A stretch of DNA of 64,000 nucleotides from assembly GCF_036971445.1 (NCBI RefSeq), contig NC_091479.1:75578001-75642000 (forward strand), read 5' to 3'. The notes below the pieces were generated by a model. The model saw only the letters and a list, made by a program, of their open reading frames with translations. It made no database searches and was not told the origin of the DNA. This DNA is from Narcine bancroftii. Taxonomy: Eukaryota. A program made the translations under genes and the position numbers. This document shows positions 26,925-38,470 of this stretch, in pieces (position 1 is the stretch's first letter; each line of letters starts with the position of its first letter).

Positions 26925-27200
26925 AAAATGCAGATGTTGTAAAAGTAAATCAAAAACCGAATATGCTGCAGATACTCAGTTGGTCAGGCTGCATCTGTAC
27001 AATGAGAAATGGTGTCAGATCATTGGGCTTATTTTCCTCTCCCCACTTCCCTCATGCTCCCTGCATCTTAATGAGCTTTTCTCTGTTTCCAATTTTTGAC
27101 AAAAGGTCTTCAAGTCTGGAATGTTAACTCTGTTTCTCTTCCTGCAGATGCGGCCTGACCTGCTGAGTATTTCCAACACTTCTATTTTTATTTTATTCCA
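26925..27200. mobile_element. Fold-back pair of Penelope-type terminal repeats
   Basis: ATACTCAGTTGGTCAGGCTGCATCTG and CAGATGCGGCCTGACCTGCTGAGTAT form inverted arms. Confidence 0.7.
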
Positions 27201-30149
27201 GTTTACACAGGCTTGGTCAATCCTGAAGAATATTTGACAACATTCAGAGCAAAATTATCTATTGGGGTGGCTTGTTTCTTTTCAAATATCTGTCAGGGTA
27301 GGAGTTAACCGTTCTCAAATAATTTAGGTTGTGGATCTGTTTAGTTTGTGATTAATTTCAAGTCTGCCTGGGGTGTATCCTGAATATCAAATTCAATGAG
27401 CAATAATGATAATTGAAATTATAGTCCCTGCCCTAGGCAACTATAATAATATTAACTCCCATTTACTGAGCTTCTTCAGTTCATCCTTCTAGAATACATC
27501 TTTTGTGCCTTTGTATATGTTTAATTGATAAAACTCAGTGTATGTTAAGTGCATAAATTACACAGCAAAGATAACTTACTGGGAAATCTGATAGCCAAGA
27601 ATTAATATTCTTTCTTTGGTCGGCCAGATTAGTAATACACAAGAGAATACAACAGTCCTCATGTGTTCCTTTTTTAGACACTCTCCAAAAAATAAGCATT
27701 TCCATTCAGGAAGAACCTTTTGGATACCCCTAATGATATAGTCCATCTGTCATGAGCTGGTCAGAAGAGGGTGGGGAGGGGGAGAGGTGGGAATGATAGT
27801 GGACGGGACGCTGTTTTTACATTTGTTTTTCAAAATGTTTTTGCATTTTGTCTTGGTCTGTTTGGAATCAGGAGGATAGTACTTTTCATGTTTTACATTC
27901 CTGATCACCATCCAATGTGGCATTTTTAAAAACTCTCCAAAGCAAAGGATGTGTAGTTGTTGAAGTAGGTGGGACTGTGGTGCCACAATCTATAACCAAA
28001 CTGTCTGCTTTCAAGGGTAAAGAAGAAAGGGTCAATGTTCTGAAGAAACTATGTTCAAGAAAGAGTTATTGTATTCAGGAAAAGGAAAAGAAGCTCTTTT
28101 AGAGTAAAGGAGCCCATTGGATGAATGCTGGTTATTAAATATGTCGCTTGATTCAGTAACACCCTGGTACTCGTTTATGCCAACTATGTAGAAAGACATA
28201 TATTTGCTCCTTTTTTTAAAATCGTAGTGTCAGTAATCAGAAATTATCCAAATGCCAAGCAGAGAATTGTTCTTTGAGGATAAGAGAAGGATGCACCATT
28301 GATGGCTAATTTATTGTACGTCCCAGCACAGTGTCATGAGCAGTCTGGCAGAATAGCACAGTGAAGGATGCACTCATTCGCTAGGTCAAACAAAAGTGCC
28401 TGATGGTAAATAGAGAAGGCAAAAACAAATTGATGATGCGCTTTATTTCAATTGATATTTTAAAACATTATGCCATTGTCCACATGAATATAGTTGTTCT
28501 ATTTTTTAAAAAAAACCAAATTTTAAAAATAATCTTTGATCTTTGCACTAACTGGAGAGTTTATAATCTTTTCTCCAGCATGTGTAAAATTAAAATGACA
28601 TGGTCTTCATCAAAGGATTGTTTTGGAAACCTTTCTTTAACAAAATGTTATATAAATTATCACGCCCACTAGGTTTTACTGCTGTTTATGCAAGACGCAT
28701 TAGAAATGGAGCAGCAACAAAGTGCTGAGCAATTTTATGTTCAAAAATGTTGATTATATGGTAAATTATCTGTGCTGTTCACCATAGGGTATGTTGGTGA
28801 ATGGAAGGATAGGTTGCGAAACACTCACTCATAAAAAAGGTGACTCGCGTAAGGCACTGAAGCTTGAAAATAGCTCTCCCAATATTCTTGGGGAAGACAG
28901 CTGGTGGGCAGAACATCTGAGGGACAGGGCAGGTGGATGGATTGCATCAGAACACCACTCTTGAATGCTTTCGCAGAAATTTAGCCCCAGCTCAAGTTCT
29001 CACTTAACTTTTTATTTGAGGTAAGTTTACAAGTGAAAGTTCCTTGCACTAACAGACAAAAATTCCCCTCCTCCCCCCTCCCTTTGCACCTTCATATTGA
29101 CAATATTTTCAATAGAATGTACATCAATAAGAAAATCAATGGTTGGGGGGAGTGAAATCGAGATGTTAGCTTGGGGGGGGGGGGAAGCGCAGTTAAGAGT
29201 GGATGCATTAAATGATTGAGCACTGGGCTTAAGCCTGAAATGTTGTTGATGCATATTTATCATAAAGGCACTGTTTGACCTGCTGAGTTTCTCCAGCCTT
29301 TGTGTGTTTTTTCACAACCAAGGTATCAACAGAATCCTGTGTTTTACCCCGAGCACTGAGTAAAATGAGCTTTTGTCAGTGGGCTTGGATCAAATGGATT
29401 AAACATATTTTGATATCAAGTGATTGGTTGCAACTTTGGATCCTTAATTTCTCAGTTGGTAGGTGAATGACCTCCGTTCCTGACTCCAGGGGAAAGATAA
29501 ACCAACAGTACTAAATTATTACAGTGCCATTCTCACATTGAGCAACTGCCAGCTTGAGCAGATGTGCAGATCAGACATGATACTAATCTTACCGGGGTAT
29601 CTGCAGTGATAAAGATGGTGGAAAAAGGATTCAAGAAATTATGTCAATTAGTTGATCAGTAGTAAGGAAAATGATAGTATCTCCAAACAGGGAGTAAATG
29701 AAAATCTGACAAGTGATAGGAAGAATTTCAAAGGAAAAGGTCACGCTGACTAACCTAAGAAATAACAGAAGGGGAAACTAATGGCTTAGATTTTACAATG
29801 AGCACTGAATTGACCCTGCTCACCAGTTGCATGTCCTTGAACCCTGCAGGTGCTGTCCGATGTTGGAAAAGCCCATCCAGCTGGTCAGCAAGGCCCAGTT
29901 CATGAGAAACATCAGGCTCTGCTCAAAAGAATCAGTCAAGGACCCTCCTCCTCCCTCAAAAACAACAAACCTCCCAAAACACTTCATCAGCTACCGAGAC
30001 TGTAACTGAAATAGAAAAATGTTTGGCAGGCATACAAGCTCTTCAGCCCACCATATCCAGGGTGACTATCAAGAATTCATTTGCACTGATCTTGCATTTG
30101 CTCCATTTTCCATTTTGCAGCCCCAACCCCAGCACTGTCCTGCTGCCCA

Positions 30150-30345
30150 TCTACATCGGGCAACTTACAGTGGCTCATTATCCTACCAACTGGGACGACT
30201 TTGACATATGGAAGGAAACTGGAGCACTAAAGGTAGGAAATGGTCACAGAAAGAATGTGCAAAAGCACCAACTCCATTCAGTACCAGGAATGAACCTGGA
30301 TCTCTGAATTGGCAAGGCAGTCACATCATCCATTGTGCCACCCAG
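30150..30345 (-). mobile_element. Degenerate V-SINE/HE1-like SINE
   Basis: Reverse core GGAAACTGGAGCAC...GAACCTGGATC...TGTGCCACC. Confidence 0.6.
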
Positions 30346-30549
30346 GAACATTCAAAAATACCAAACAACTTGATATTTTATAAATTGATTAATTGGTTTT
30401 AAAGCTTTAAGAATCAATTACAAGAACACATTTAACTCCACTCAGTTCAGAGTGGATCTGAATTTCTGTCCATGACTTTTCTTCCAGCAATAGGCTTGCT
30501 GGATTTGTCCCAGGTTAACAGTTCAGGCCCACCAGTTGGATTTCCATGG

Positions 30550-30830
30550 AAATGACCCAGGGTTTGATCCTGGGTCCTGTCTGTTTGGAGTTTTCCCATT
30601 CTCCCTGTGACTGCTCTAGTTTCCTCCTACATCCCGGACACGCAGATTGATAGGTTATTTGACCCTTGTAAATTGTCCCTAATTTGTAAATGTGGGGAAG
30701 AATCAGGGGGTAGTTGCTGGGAATATGAGGAGAATACAAAAAGGAATTAACGTGGGGTTAATGTATATGGGTGATGGTTGTGAACTTGGTGTGCCATGGA
30801 GTCTGTTTCAGTGTTCTACCTCTCAATGAT
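30550..30830 (+). mobile_element. Degenerate V-SINE/HE1-like SINE
   Basis: GGGTTTGATCC B-box, GGAGTTTTCCCATTCTCCCTGTGACTGC core, TAAATTGTCCCT motif. Confidence 0.7.
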
Positions 30831-30974
30831 TAAAGTTTGGGATGTGAAGGAGGCCAAACCAGATGAACACTGATAATTTAGAGGAATTAACAGAGGTAGT
30901 TTACAAGAATTTGAAAATATGAGTGAGAATTTAAAAATGAAGTATGTTAGCCATCAAGCATAATGGTGAGGGAC

Positions 30975-31350
30975 AGGATCGAGGTTCAAATTTCACACTG
31001 TTTGTAAGGAGTTTGTACATTCACCCTGTGTTTAAATGGGTTAGGGTCTGCAACCATGTCTACCTGTCCCGCATCAGACTTGTCAGCCACAAACGAGCCT
31101 GACGTGGACATTAACCCGCATCGGACTTGTCAGCCACAAACGAACCTGACGTGGACATTAACCCTCCATAAATCTTCGTCCGCGAAGCCAAGCCAAAGAA
31201 GAAGAAAAAAAGAAAAATGGGTTTTCTCCAGGAGCCCCAGTTTCCTCCCACCATTTAAAACGTACTGGGGTGTAGGTTAATGTGGTGTAAATTGGGCAGC
31301 ACTGGCACCCAATTAGCCAGTTACTGTGCTCTATGTCTAAAAAATTTAAT
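30975..31350 (+). mobile_element. V-SINE/HE1-like SINE with a nested RTE insertion
   Basis: SINE core is split at the duplicated AAATGGGTT (31034-31042 and 31215-31223). Confidence 0.8.
31043..31214 (+). mobile_element. 5'-truncated RTE-like LINE 3' end with internal 47-bp duplication
   Basis: 9-bp TSD; CNHVYLSRIRLVSHKRA zinc-finger-like tail; (GAA)n 3' end. Confidence 0.75.
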
Positions 31351-33499
31351 AGATGTAATGTAAATTTGGAATTTACCATCACATGGGAGAGGTTGAGGTG
31401 ACCAGGATAGATGCATTTAAATGAGGAAGAAAGAAATGTAAGGAAATGTTGGGGTTAGACATCGAAAAGGAGATGAGAATGAATGGCAAAAGACTCCTGA
31501 GGTGTATACCTTTTTTAAGAAAGTGCAGATGAGACCCAGTGAAATAGCCATTCTTTTGTAACAAGGCAAAGCTGAAAATTAACCAGTACGCAACAGGCAG
31601 GAGAATATTTTATAAGACAACAGCGCCACTGAAAAATAAGGCACAGAGAGTTATATCTTTGTATAATGCCAAAGAAATGGTGTGCGCAAACACATTGAAT
31701 GAAAATATGAAATTGAAGCAGTTGATCCATAGAAAATTAGTAAACTTGATCAAGCATGGGATGGAAATGTGAGTGGCTCTGGTCAGGTGGGAACATCTGT
31801 TTCGCGGGAGCTGGAATTGAGAGAGAACAAGGACTGGAGGTCGGCAGTTATTACTGATCTTCTCTGGCTCATGAACTCCCAAACACTCTCTCTGATTCAG
31901 CTAGGAATGTTACTTGGTCTGTTTTTTTTTTAATATACACCAACAAACAATTCTTGGCATTCATTGCCTTGCCCACGGAGAGCCGAGTAGCACCTCTTCC
32001 ACAATCCAGCTGGTCAAAATGAAAGCTCTTTCACTTTCTGCAACCAATCTCTTCATCTCCCTCAATTAATTTTTGTGATCTATTAATACTTGCTTGGTCG
32101 TTACTTTTCTATGTTCTGTGTGCTCCTATTCCTTCTCTTTATCACTGTGTATGGTCCAACTTTCAATTGTACCATTTCAGACTTTAGAACAGTAGAACTT
32201 CCACCGCCGTTAGGGAAAAGCTCATGATGGCCAAGGAGCAAATAAAAGTAGATGTTGACTAATACCTGGATTGCCATTCAATAAGGTCAGGGCTGACCTT
32301 TTACCTCAGCATCACCTTCCCGCACTAAATTCTCTTGATTCTGAAAAGTCCAAAGAAGATTTTTTTTGTGCCCGTATGTGGAGGAGGATGCAGAAGCAGG
32401 GGCTCTTGTAAAGAAAAAGTACAATTAGCAAAAATAGCGCAACTGAGTTGCATTGAAAACCTCTGGGATCTTGACTGATTGCTGGGAAATATTAGATTTT
32501 AAATTCATTAACAACAACAATGGCTTCCATTTATATACAGCCAAAGTTGGCAGAAGGTGAAGGAGATGAAATGCCATGGCCGAGTAAGTTTATATAAAGC
32601 TCCATATTTGTAGTTATATTTTCAAAGCATTTCCTTTTTTTTTAAATTGCCAGTAATTTCTCATTGACTTTCAAACTCCTCAATGTTAAGACAATTCTCA
32701 GTACCTCCAGGGAACTCAGACCCATTTAACTTCAGCATCTCCTGCTGGAAATTTTTAAAAATCCTTTCTTGCTCTCAGTACATCTGCCCTGCCACCTAAT
32801 GCTGTCCTTTAGATGGAGAAAGAAACTTCATGTAACCATGACTTTGTCCTTGGATGCCTATCTATTATTTATCATAAATTAATCAATATCTATCAGCAAG
32901 TGGAGTAACTTTGTCAAATCTCCACAGTTTGTATTCCAGCTGAAGTGGATTTGTTCCAAGGCATCCCTATGCCTTGTGGTTTGTTAGATTATATTGATGA
33001 TACTTTTGAAAGGCATTATCAGTCACTAAATGCTCATTGAATATTCCTCCAATTGATTGGCATATAATATAGCCATAAAGAATGAGGAGTTATGTGGCCT
33101 ATCAACTTGATTAAGCCCAAGTTTGATGTCGGTTAATGCTGAATCAGTTAATCACATGCAAGGAGACAAATTGTCGTGCATGCATTTGGCTAAAAGGGAA
33201 TACAGGACAACCACTAGACCTGGTCACTGTCTAGTGAACTATTAGCTGGAAAGCATAGACACGGAAACATAACAGGTATCACAGTGAACACCCAGACTAT
33301 CCTCTCAACAAATCCTGTTTCAACTTGCACCCAAAGAATGGTGAAGTACTGGAATAGATGAGGACATTTTAGGTAATTGGGTCTCCTCGTGAAATCGAAT
33401 CTTTTCACTGCCTGCAAGGTCCTGCGTTTGATAGAATGCTTTGATACCTGGGCAAGGCAACACCAACAACACTCAGGAAAATGAACACTATCTGGTACA

Positions 33500-33870
33500 A
33501 AGCAAACACACAAAGCTGGGGAAACTCAGCAGGACCAAGCAGTGGCCTTTACATAGCAACGGTAAAAATAGATAACTGGCGTTTCAGGCTTGACCCCTTC
33601 ATCGAGGTATGGAAAAATGTCAGCAAACGTCCGAAGAAAAGAGTGGGGGGGGGGGAGGGGAGGTCGCCAGTGCGGAGAATGGAGGAACAGCTGTGATCAA
33701 GGGGAGGAGGGATGGCATGGTGAAGAGAAGGGGAAAGGAGGGAGGAGAATTTGAAAGTGGAAGGGGGAGAGAGGAGAGCAGGTTAGCAGAAACTAGAAAA
33801 GTTCATGTTAATGCCAACTGGCTGGAGGATGCCCAGACGGAAAATCAGGTTGATCCTCCAATTCGAAGGT
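33500..33870 (-). mobile_element. Penelope-like element 3' end (GIY-YIG tail plus terminal repeat)
   Basis: The - strand encodes LIFRLGILQPVGINMNFS followed by a terminal repeat with a degenerate hammerhead-like core. Confidence 0.8.
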
Positions 33871-34239
33871 GATCTTGTTGCAAAGGAGATGGGGGGAGAT
33901 CTTAAATTCTTTTTTTTTTGCATCTGTATTTACTCAGGAGATTGTCACAGAATCGATGGAAATGAGGAGTGAGGAGGTGCAAATAAGTCTCCACTCCAGT
34001 TTGTTTTAGCAGCCACACATAAATCTCGCTACAGTATCATTTTTGCATGATGCCAACATGGCAAATTGTCATAAAAGATTCCACATCTTTTTTTCACTCT
34101 TTAATGAGATGCACAAGATCCATGATTTGTCAAGTCTGAACTGAATTGTGTGTCCAAGTCCATTACAATTAAAAAAAAATAATTTGTGTGAGTGAACATG
34201 TAGCTAATGGGTCTATATGTGTAAATAGAATGAATCTTA

Positions 34240-34500
34240 CTGTGAATAGACTAGAGGTTGGTTTACATTCCAGACTGATATCTATTCCATGACTTGGAAG
34301 GTGAGGTGATATGTATATACTGTTCTGCGCTGTCCTGTGTATAAGTGGCTGGCCCGCCCATTGATGACTCGATCCCCTGTGACCTGGCCATAAAGGTCGA
34401 CCTCCCTGCCCTCTTCCATTCATTCGAGCTCATGGAGTTGGGCCCAGCTGAAATCTAATGTGTAATTAAAGCCTATGGTTCCTCACTCAGCCTATCAGAA
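34240..34500 (+). mobile_element. Possible solo-LTR remnant
   Basis: GC-richer island with TATA-like CATAAAGG and a downstream ATTAAAGCC signal; ends not defined. Confidence 0.35.
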
Positions 34501-34742
34501 GGTTTGTGCTTCACCGCCTCTTAAGAATGCAAATATTTGAACAGTTAATGGTGAAGTGGAAGAAACAGTTGTCAGTCAGTTGCCCCAGTCAGTAATTAAC
34601 TCCAGAATACAACACAGTGGATCTTAATGAATATTGATGTGACCCATAAAGCCTGCTCTAAAATAAATCAGGTTTCAAAAGATCAAGAAATGGCTTCAAA
34701 AAGTGGGTTAGTGTCTGACTCCTTTGTGTTCTCAACCCCTAG

Positions 34743-34950
34743 ATGTGATGAATACGTGACACAACTGGACGACATGCAGCGGCAGCTGGCCGCCGCCGAG
34801 GATGAGAAGAAGACACTGAACTCCCTGCTGCGTATGGCGATCCAGCAGAAGCTGGCCCTTACACAGCGCCTCGAGGACCTGGAGTTTGATCATGAGCAGT
34901 CTCGGCGCAGCAAGAGCAAGCTGGGCAAAAGCAAAGCTGGCAGTCCTAAA
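34743..34950 (+). CDS. BICD1: BICD1 exon ([16 protein letters not shown]...KAGSPK)
   Basis: Acceptor caacccctag completes the Arg codon (AG|A); consensus donor GTAAGT at 34951; [15 protein letters not shown] is BICD1-type rather than BICD2-type. Confidence 0.95.
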
Positions 34951-35070
34951 GTAAGTGTGGAAGCGGAGGCAGGCAACGTACCTTTCCCAGCTGCCATTGA
35001 CATTTTGACTCTGATTAACGAAGGGTCAGAGCCACAAGCATGTGTCAGGCAGTCAAAAGTGGTGCTTTAA
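34951..35070 (+). CDS. BICD1: Possible in-frame exon extension giving an alternative C-terminus ([25 protein letters not shown]...VVL*)
   Basis: Frame stays open past the donor to TAA at 35068-35070; resembles the recalled human long-isoform extension VSGEASVTVPTIDTYLLHSQG. Confidence 0.5.
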   Translation, partial: VSVEAEAGNVPFPAAIDILTLINEGSEPQACVRQSKVVL

Positions 35071-36368
35071 GGATGGGACCGTGCAGTGACATTGGTAGGA
35101 AAATAAGCTGGTGAGAAAGAGGAATCTGTTGTAACAATCCTCATGAAGAGAGAATAATTGTTCTTTTCAATTTTTCTTAACCTGAGATTTGTGCCTTTAT
35201 TTTATATGAGTACATTATTTTAATGGAATGGTGAGAGGTTTAATTTTTCTTAACCCTAATGGTCCTTGCAGTTTCCAAGTGATTGCATTAAACCCTGGCA
35301 GAGAGCAGCTGTGTAGTTTGGCTCTGGAGACCCTTACTCTTTGAATTTAAAGGAAGAGAATAGCTCAGATAGAGATACTGTGTGATAGGTGACAAACAGC
35401 ATCAGTTGCCTTCTCAGTTCATTAAGACCCCAATTCTGACCATTTCCCATTTTTAGAGTGAGAAGCGGGTAGCAAGCTCAAAGAACAGGATGATCTGATA
35501 ACATCCCCAACTCAAAATACCATCAATATTCCTCTCTACTGTTTCTTCCTGCCCTCCAGTGCCACCTTGAAAACTCATTTGTCCATGATTAATCCAAAGG
35601 GAACATAGCGTTGCGTGTAGTTTTTTGTGACTGATGATGTATGGAAACTAATCCTGATTAAGACTGTAATTAATGTTAGCCATTCTGACTAGATAAAATG
35701 TAGCCTGGGATATACAGGCTGAGAAACAGAGTCTAGAGAATTACCTTGCCCTGGTTTGAAAAATATAATTTTCAAGTATTAAAAAAATATTTTCAAAGCC
35801 ATTAGTGGCAGATAAGCTCCCACCCTGGCCCCTAGGCTGAGTTTTAGAAAGGCCCCCACCCCCCCCCCCCCCACCCCCAGGGTCAGCATCCATTCCCCAA
35901 ATCATTTCCTTCCAACCCTCTTTCTCTCACACTCACTTGCGCGTGCCACAACTTGTTGGCTGGTTTAGTGGGATTTTTCCAGACACAGTAAACTTGAGGA
36001 TAAATCGGTGCGTTGTGGTGGTAAATTTAATTTTGGAAGAAAGTAGGAAGGGGGAGGGGGAGTGCCTTTTAATTGGTTGTAGTTCCAACACTTGTGTGTT
36101 TTGAATGGGAGGTTCACCTATTTAAATTGAAGCTTATGCCATCATAAGATGATTTTGTGTGGATGTGGGTCATCTTAATTACAATCTTTAAAGCTGTTCT
36201 ATGCATTACCACTCTTTCGGGTTAGTATTGTGATTTTGCTGTTCATTTTGGAGAGAATGGGTGAATTAATTCTAAATGTACGTTCCTTGCTCTCCTCCCC
36301 TCACCCTCACTCTCTCATTAATGCCACTGTTCTCCGTGGACGCTGCCTGAGCCACGAGGCCTCTCCAG

Positions 36369-36560
36369 CTTTTCCCAGGCAGCTGGACTGCCTGTGCTCC
36401 CCATCCCTTCCTGTCTGTCACCATGACAAGCCAAGAACATGACCTTGGACAGCACTCCCTCACCCCCCCACTCCCCGCCTGCATTAGAAGTACAGAGAAT
36501 CCTCAACGCAAACCGCGGCATGACGAATATCCTTCGGGCCACCGTATTCGTTCTGCCTGA
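36369..36560 (+). other. BICD1: Putative alternative or degenerate BICD1 exon resembling the human long-isoform exon (RQFSPSLC...PRT...STE...GHRL)
   Basis: AG acceptors end at 36368 and 36378; one frame gives RQLDCLCSPSLPVCHHDKPRT*, another gives ...STENPQRKPRHDEYPSGHRIRSA*. Confidence 0.4.
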
Positions 36561-36607
36561 AGACTACATTCTTCACTGTATTTCAACAGTTTAGAGTTTA
36601 TCTAACT

Positions 36608-36767
36608 CAGTGGTTCTCAACATTTTTCAACTTGCATACCACCTTAAATATTCCCTTACTAATCACAGCACCTGTGACATCCTATGCCATAGAATAGATG
36701 CTCTGTGGTTCGTAAAGGAATTATTTAAAGTGGACATGAGTAGAAAAATAAAGGATGAGAATCACTG
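36608..36767. mobile_element. hAT-Charlie-like palindromic MITE
   Basis: CAGTGGTTCTCA...TGAGAATCACTG; flanks ATCTAACT and ATCTAAGA. Confidence 0.8.
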
Positions 36768-38101
36768 ATCTAAGAACATCTGACAGAGAAAGATCCTGCC
36801 TCCACCTGCTTGTCCAGAAGCCAACAGTGGAGCACCTTCCAACGTAGTTTTCTTATTCACGCTGCTTACCTATTTAACCTATCCCAGAAGTGGCATTGGT
36901 AGTTCGGTGCCTTAGCTGCTGGCCTGAGACGTGCCATGCTTATCAGGATTCCCTCCAGCCCTCCACCTTCCCAACCACTAAACTATTAGATTTTAAACAT
37001 CTCTCAGACCGAATTATATGTTTGGTGGTGGGAGGAACTGAGGAAGGTGGAGGATTGGTAGTGGGTTCCGGACTGCCAGTGGGGGTGGAATTTTTAAAGC
37101 AGTTCGCCCAGAGCACCTAGAGCCTGAATTGAGGCAGCCAGTTAGTTAAGTAATTAGTGGCACTCTTATTGTGGGCACAGCGCCACTGGGAGGCCACCTC
37201 CCAGTGACCTCAGTGAGGTGAGCGGCACCCAGCAGAGTGCCACTAATTACTTGTGTTTGCCTCTGGGCACTCTCTGGGGTGAGGTGAGCTGCTTTGCAAT
37301 CTGCGCGCCCCCCCCCCCCCCAACAATCATCCTCAATTCCTCCACCTCCGAACCAAACTATTAGGTTTTTAACATCCAATTCGAACAGAGTCCAACCAAT
37401 TGGATGTTAAAAATCTAATAGATTGGTGGGAAGGTGGACGATCATCTATTTGCAATTTTTGCACACACGGGACACGTCAGATATGGCAAAAAAAAACGTT
37501 CCAAGAAACTGCTGCGCGCACATCACCCCTGCAACAGCGTGACGCCGACTCTGGCCACGACCACACTACCGCTGGCTTCTCCCATGCAGACGCAGTAAGT
37601 AAATAACCAGGCGGCAGGCTCCTACCCTTAATTGGGTAGGTGCTGAAGCCTAGGGGCTTGGGTCCCCTTACTCTCCGGGTCCCTAGACTTCAGCATAGTC
37701 AGCCTAATGGTTAATCTGCCACTGGAAGCCATCAAGAATGATTTATTAAGTATAGCTGTAAGATGAGCTGCAATATTATAAATTTTTCTGGAGAGCTCTA
37801 ACTGTCAATGGTCTCAGAGTGGGTTATCAGTCTCTTGGAAGCTAGGCAGGAATGCAGCCCTAACATGCTACGTAGCATATTTGATTTCATGTGAAAAATT
37901 TCTTGCAACTTGTCTTTCATTTTAAGTTTATTTGTATTTGAAGTCAGTCTATTTTGATGCTCTAACTTGCGATCAGCAAGATGGTAGGAATACAAGTATA
38001 GTTGTCATTTCAGGATGAACAACATCAGAAAATTAAAAAAAAATGTTCAACAAGGGTAGTAGAATAATTAAGGGAAATATAATTTTTGTATCAACATACA
38101 G

Positions 38102-38470
38102 CAGTGCTTTTCAAACTTTCTTTCCACTCACATACCACCTAAGCAATCCCTCTGCCATAGGTGCTCTGTGGTTGGTAAGGGATTGCTGAAGGTAGTATGT
38201 GAGTAAAAAGAGAAAGTTTGAAAACCACTGTTTTAATTGTACCTAATTGACTCGTTATGTGCACTATTTCATAACTCCAAAGGAAATGGGCCAATGACAA
38301 TTTTTCTCAAACAAAATATTTCAGTAACAATTGGGTCTAGAGCAGTGATTCTCAACCTTTTCTCCTTATTCACATCACCTTAAGCAATCCCTTACTAATC
38401 ACAGAGCACTGACAGCTTAGGGATTACTTAAGGTGGTATGTGAGTGGAAAGAAAAAGTTTGAAACCACTG
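38102..38470. mobile_element. Composite dimeric hAT-Charlie-like MITE
   Basis: Two palindromic CAGTG...CACTG units (38102-38230, 38343-38470); outer TSD ACATACAG / ACATAAAG. Confidence 0.85.

Larger units (their letters stand above)
35803..37724. mobile_element. Apparent non-autonomous hAT element of about 1.9 kb
   Basis: Ends TAGTGGCAGAT and ATCTGCCACTG; flanks AAAGCCAT and GAAGCCAT (7/8 TSD); no transposase ORF. Confidence 0.6.

Noticed and set aside
29850-30005. Exon-like segment after CCCTGCAG
   Set aside because: No recognisable protein similarity in the frames examined, and it is not needed for the BICD1 frame.
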